Part shown: positions 61,264 to 64,000 of the stretch, piece by piece | Layout of the letters: each line of letters opens with the position of its first letter | How positions within the stretch are numbered: position 1 is the stretch's first letter | Assembly (NCBI GenBank): GCA_006212015.1 | Contig: SDAY01000002.1 | Span: forward strand, 10,457 to 74,456 | Length of the DNA: 64,000 nucleotides | Source of the DNA: Halothiobacillaceae bacterium | GTDB lineage: Bacteria > Pseudomonadota > Gammaproteobacteria > Halothiobacillales > Halothiobacillaceae | Reading direction: 5' to 3' | Notes under the pieces: model-generated | Database searches by the model: none | The model's input: the letters and a program-made list of their open reading frames with translations, nothing else | Told to the model about the DNA's origin: nothing | Translations under genes and position numbers: made by a program

Positions 61264-62467
61264 GACCAAAGGCATCGTGCAAAGTTCGCACGGCCAGTTC
61301 CAGATACTTTTCGTCCACCACCACGGAAATCTTGATTTCAGAGGTGGAGATCATGTGGATGTTGATACCCTCGCGCGCCAGCGCGCCGAACATGGTGCTG
61401 GCGATGCCGGCGTGCGAGCGCATGCCCACGCCGACCACGGACACCTTGACGATCCTGGCGTTGCCGGAGACCTCGCGCGCGCCGACCTCGTCGGCAACCT
61501 TGCGCAGGATGCCCATGGCCTTGTCGTAGTCGTTGCGATGCACGGTGAAGGTGAGATCGGTGGTGCCGTCGGCGCCGACATTCTGCACGATCATGTCGAC
61601 CTCGACATTGCCGTCGGCCACCGGGCCAAGGATGCGATAGGCCACGCCCGGCGCATCCGGCACGCCCTTGATGGTGAGCTGGGCTTCGTCGCGGTTGAAG
61701 GCAATCCCGGAAATGAGGGCCTCTTCCATTCCGTTATCCTCGTAGGTGATCAGGGTGCCGGGGCCGTCCTCGAAACTGGACAGCACGCGCAGCGGAACAT
61801 TGTATTTGCCGGCGAACTCGACCGAGCGGATCTGCAGCACCTTGGAACCGAGGCTGGCCATTTCCAGCATCTCCTCGAAGGTGACCTTGTCCAGGCGACG
61901 GGCATTCGGCACGACGCGCGGATCGGTGGTGTAGACCCCGTCCACGTCAGTGTAGATCTGGCACTCGTCCGCCTTGAGCGCGGCCGCGAGGGCCACCCCG
62001 CTGGTGTCGGAGCCGCCGCGCCCGAGGGTGGTGATGTTGCCTTCCGCGTCGACGCCCTGGAAACCGGCGACGACCACGACGCGGCCTTCGCGCAGGTCGT
62101 CGCGGATGCGCCGGGTGTCGATCTCGCGGATGCGCGCCTTGGTGTAGGCGGCATCGGTGAGGATGCGCACCTGCGCCCCGGTGTAGGAGCGCGCTTCCTG
62201 ACCGCGCTTTTGCAGGGCGATGGCCAGCAGGGCGATGGTGACCTGCTCGCCGGTCGCGGCCAGCATGTCCATCTCGCGCGGGGAGGCGTTCGGATCGATG
62301 GACCGGGCCATGCCCAGCAGGCGGTTGGTCTCGCCGCTCATCGCGGACACGACGACCACGACATCGTGACCCTCGCGCCGGGAGCGGATCACGCGCTCGG
62401 CCACGTTCTCGATGCGTTCGACGGTGCCGACCGAGGTGCCGCCGTATTTCTGAACTAACAATGCCAT
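61247..62467 (-). CDS. lysC: aspartate kinase
   Basis: MALLVQKYGGTSVG, two C-terminal ACT domains; 406 aa. Confidence 0.95.
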   Translation of the reverse strand: MALLVQKYGGTSVGTVERIENVAERVIRSRREGHDVVVVVSAMSGETNRLLGMARSIDPNASPREMDMLAATGEQVTIALLAIALQKRGQEARSYTGAQVRILTDAAYTKARIREIDTRRIRDDLREGRVVVVAGFQGVDAEGNITTLGRGGSDTSGVALAAALKADECQIYTDVDGVYTTDPRVVPNARRLDKVTFEEMLEMASLGSKVLQIRSVEFAGKYNVPLRVLSSFEDGPGTLITYEDNGMEEALISGIAFNRDEAQLTIKGVPDAPGVAYRILGPVADGNVEVDMIVQNVGADGTTDLTFTVHRNDYDKAMGILRKVADEVGAREVSGNARIVKVSVVGVGMRSHAGIASTMFGALAREGINIHMISTSEIKISVVVDEKYLELAVRTLHDAFGLDKAA

Positions 62468-62504
62468 GAACGACTTGCCATAAAAACGTCACACATGGAC
62501 GCGA

Positions 62505-62534
62505 ATCAAATAAAGAGCCCGCCATGAAGCGGGC
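62505..62534 (-). terminator. rho-independent terminator after alaS
   Basis: Minus-sense GCCCGC-UUCAUG-GCGGGC followed by UCUUUAUUUGAUU. Confidence 0.6.
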
Positions 62535-62577
62535 GCCGACATTCTAATCAATGACTGGACAAAAATCAGCCCGAACC

Positions 62578-64000
62578 TCAAACCAGCTTGCCACGCACCC
62601 ATTCCTGCACGCCGGCGAGCGCCCGCGGCAGGGCCTCGGGCTGGGTGCCGCCCGCCTGCGCCATGTCCGGACGACCGCCCCCCTTGCCGCCCACCTGCTG
62701 GGCGACGAAGTTGACCAGCTCACCCGCCCTGACCTTGCCGGTCAGGTCGGCGGTCACGCCGGCGATCAGGGTGACCTTGCCCTCGCTGATGGCGGCCAGC
62801 ACGATGGCGGCGGACTTGAGCTTGTCCTTGAGCTTGTCCATGGTCTCGCGCAGGGCGGTGACATCCGCGCCTTCCAGGGTCGCGGCGAGCACTTTGGCGC
62901 CGTTGATATCGACCGCCTGATCGACCAGATCGTCGCCCTGCGAGGCGGCGAGCCTGGACTTGAGGCGCGCCAGTTCCTTTTCCAGCGCTCGAACATGGTC
63001 CAGCACCTGAGAAATCTTTCCCGGAACCTCGTTGACCGAAGCCTTCAGCGCCGAGGCAACCTCGTCCAGCAGTCCCTCCTGGCGCTGGACATGGGCCAGC
63101 GCGTTGTCGCCGGTGATGGCCTCGACACGACGCACGCCGGCCGCCACGCCGGACTCGGCCACGATCTTGCACAGGCCGATGTCGCCCGTCCGGGATACGT
63201 GCGTTCCCCCGCACAATTCGCGGGACGAACCGATGTCGAGCACCCGCACCTCATCGCCGTACTTCTCGCCGAACAGCATCATCGCGCCCAGGGTCTGGGC
63301 CTCGGCGATCGGCAGCACGCGGGTCCGGGTGTCTTCGTTCGCCAGCACCTCGGCATTGACGATGGCCTCGACACGGCGGATCTCCTCGTCGCTCATCGGC
63401 TGGTTGTGGACGAAGTCGAAGCGGGTCTTGTCCGGATCGACCTGCGAACCCTTCTGCTGCACGTGATCGCCCAACACCTCGCGCAGCGCCTTGTGCAGCA
63501 GGTGGGTGGCGGAGTGGTTGCGCATGGTGCGCTGGCGGGCCGCCACGTCGACCTTGGCGCTCACGCCGTTGCCGACGGACAGGGTGCCGGTGGTGACCAC
63601 GCCATGATGGCCGAACACGCTCGCCTGGATCTTCTGCGTGTCCTCGACCGCGAAGATGCCGTGGGTGGAGCGCAGTTCGCCGCGATCGCCCACCTGACCG
63701 CCGGATTCGGCGTAGAACGGGGTGTCGTCGAGCACGACCACGCCCATGTCGCCCTCGTTGAGCTGGTTGACCGCCATGCCGTCCTTGTACAGCGCAAGGA
63801 CGTTGCCCTGGGTCTCCAGTTTTTCGTAGCCATGGAAGGCGGTCGCCGGGCCGTCGTAGTCGAGGTGGGTCGCCATCCTGAACTTGCCGGTGGCGCGCGC
63901 CTGCTCCTTCTGACGCGCCATGGCGGCATCGAAGGCGGCGGCATCGACGCTGATGCCGTGTTCGCGGCAGATGTCCTGGGTCAGATCGAGCGGGAAGCCG
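62578..64000 (-). CDS. alaS: alanine--tRNA ligase, C-terminal part (gene continues beyond the window end)
   Basis: Editing domain ([22 protein letters not shown]) and a C-terminal DHHA1-like tail ([15 protein letters not shown]). The reading frame stays open upstream of the first Met at 63921. Confidence 0.95.
   Translation of the reverse strand, partial: GFPLDLTQDICREHGISVDAAAFDAAMARQKEQARATGKFRMATHLDYDGPATAFHGYEKLETQGNVLALYKDGMAVNQLNEGDMGVVVLDDTPFYAESGGQVGDRGELRSTHGIFAVEDTQKIQASVFGHHGVVTTGTLSVGNGVSAKVDVAARQRTMRNHSATHLLHKALREVLGDHVQQKGSQVDPDKTRFDFVHNQPMSDEEIRRVEAIVNAEVLANEDTRTRVLPIAEAQTLGAMMLFGEKYGDEVRVLDIGSSRELCGGTHVSRTGDIGLCKIVAESGVAAGVRRVEAITGDNALAHVQRQEGLLDEVASALKASVNEVPGKISQVLDHVRALEKELARLKSRLAASQGDDLVDQAVDINGAKVLAATLEGADVTALRETMDKLKDKLKSAAIVLAAISEGKVTLIAGVTADLTGKVRAGELVNFVAQQVGGKGGGRPDMAQAGGTQPEALPRALAGVQEWVRGKLV

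Noticed and set aside
62468-62577. Possible lysine riboswitch in front of lysC
   Set aside because: The spacer is only 110 nt and is largely occupied by the alaS terminator hairpin. That is too short for an L-box, and I see none of its conserved helices.

Overview
This is a visibly GC-rich chromosomal core segment. Gene order suggests a gammaproteobacterium with a Vibrio/Pseudomonas-type polar flagellum, but no organism can be assigned from sequence alone. All calls rest on reading the ORF translations and the DNA by eye; no searches or computations were run.

Positions 1-23 kb hold a flagellar/chemotaxis supercluster:
- An MCP, a FleQ-type sigma-54 master regulator, and a divergent fliK plus a free-standing FlhB C-terminal paralogue.
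- On the minus strand: DUF2802, cheW, parP, parC, cheB, cheA, cheZ, cheY, fliA, flhG, flhF, flhA.
- A 660-bp gap follows, containing a plus-strand mini-gene and REP-like repeats.
- Then flhB, fliR, fliQ, fliP, fliO, fliN, fliM, fliL, preceded by a GGDEF/I-site diguanylate cyclase gene.

Positions 24-64 kb are housekeeping genes:
- tsaB; gnd-zwf-pgi divergent from ppc; ggt.
- pcnB-folK-panB-panC with a translationally coupled SemiSWEET.
- surE-pcm-yqaA-like-nlpD-rpoS, followed by a two-domain ABC ATPase coupled to a HAD hydrolase.
- smr, two hypothetical genes, a Nudix/TenI fusion, argJ, secA, a DUF721/DciA-like gene, lpxC, htpG, ogt.
- rpsP-rimM-trmD-rplS, ffh, typA, a truncated haemoglobin, tRNA-Ser(GCU), csrA, lysC and the 3' part of alaS.

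Many track ORFs carry spurious N-terminal extensions. I re-set those starts where an internal ATG has a Shine-Dalgarno sequence or an ATGA overlap with the upstream gene.

I found no CRISPR array, IS element, integrase, phage gene or recognisable defence gene, and nothing that convincingly qualifies as a new multi-gene system. The best leads are:
- The 22-bp inverted repeats framing the fleQ-fliK control region.
- The orphan 41-codon membrane mini-gene that splits flhB from flhA.
- CheA with a duplicated short motif where the P2 domain would sit.
- The SemiSWEET coupled to panC.
- The permease-less dual ABC ATPase coupled to a HAD hydrolase.
- htpG-lpxC adjacency behind a strong sigma-32 promoter.
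- The pair of uncharacterised proteins at 44.5-45.6 kb.
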